Source: Chiloscyllium plagiosum
Lineage: Eukaryota
NCBI RefSeq assembly: GCF_004010195.1
Contig: NC_057752.1
Span: 12,512,374 to 12,547,317 of the forward strand
Length of the DNA stretch: 34,944 nucleotides
Reading direction: 5' to 3'
Position 1 is the stretch's first letter; the number at the start of each line of letters is the position of its first letter. Positions 34,530 through 34,944 of this stretch are shown here, in pieces. The notes beneath the pieces are model-generated. The model ran no database searches. It worked only from the letters and a program-made list of their open reading frames with translations, and was not told the origin of the DNA. The translations under genes were made by a program, and so were the position numbers.

Positions 34530-34590
34530 GACAAAGCAGCTGCTGCCAATGCAGATTGATGGAGAGCCATGGCTCCAGCCACCGTGTACA
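34530..34590 (+). CDS. dgka: Diacylglycerol kinase alpha-like penultimate coding exon
   Basis: (CT)n tract, gtcag|TKQLLPMQIDGEPWLQPPCT|gtaagt; conserved PMQIDGEPW motif; 61 nt. Confidence 0.95.
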
Positions 34591-34944
34591 GTAAGTCACA
34601 GTTCACCACACCGACCTTCTCAAGGAGAGGCAGCCATCTTGGATATTCGAAAATACATCCTGACCAGACAAAAGCACAATCACACTGGGCAGGCCACCGG
34701 GCATCGAGAGACTGGCAGGGGACAGGTCAATGAGAGACTGGCAAGGGGACAAAGCAGCTGCTGCCAATGCAGATTGATGGAGAGCCATGGCTCCAGCCAC
34801 CGTGTACAGTAAGTCACAGTTCACCACACCGACCTTCTCAAGGAGAGGCAGCCATCTTGGATATTCGAAAATACATCCTGACCAGACAAAAGCACAATCA
34901 CACTGGGCAGGCCACCGGGCATCGAGAGACTGGCAGGGGACAGG
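34530..34944 (+). repeat. 218-bp tandem duplication containing the exon and its donor
   Basis: 34748-34944 is identical by eye to 34530-34726 and runs off the window end. Confidence 0.92.

Noticed and set aside
19749..34590. Assignment to DGKB or DGKG
   Set aside because: [27 protein letters not shown] and LSDK..GAIEMG fit DGKA better, although some C-terminal residues are beta/gamma-like; phylogeny or synteny would settle it

Overview
Repeat-dense vertebrate genomic DNA, almost certainly elasmobranch (shark): it carries HE1/V-SINEs, HER1/CR1 LINEs and Penelope-like elements. There are five N-gaps. The only host gene is a + strand type I diacylglycerol kinase most similar to DGKA. Six coding exons are visible: two N-terminal (19749-19866, 22701-22814) and four from the C-terminal accessory domain (29370-34590). 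The whole central EF-hand/C1/catalytic part is absent between phase-incompatible exons. The rest is nested retroelements. Most notable: an intact-looking minimal hammerhead ribozyme behind a Penelope GIY-YIG domain plus several decayed hammerheads, stacked Tx1-like insertions at one apparently sequence-preferred target, a 218-bp tandem duplication containing a dgka exon, and a local duplication of a decayed LINE. Family names come from recognition by eye, not database searches, and repeat boundaries are approximate.
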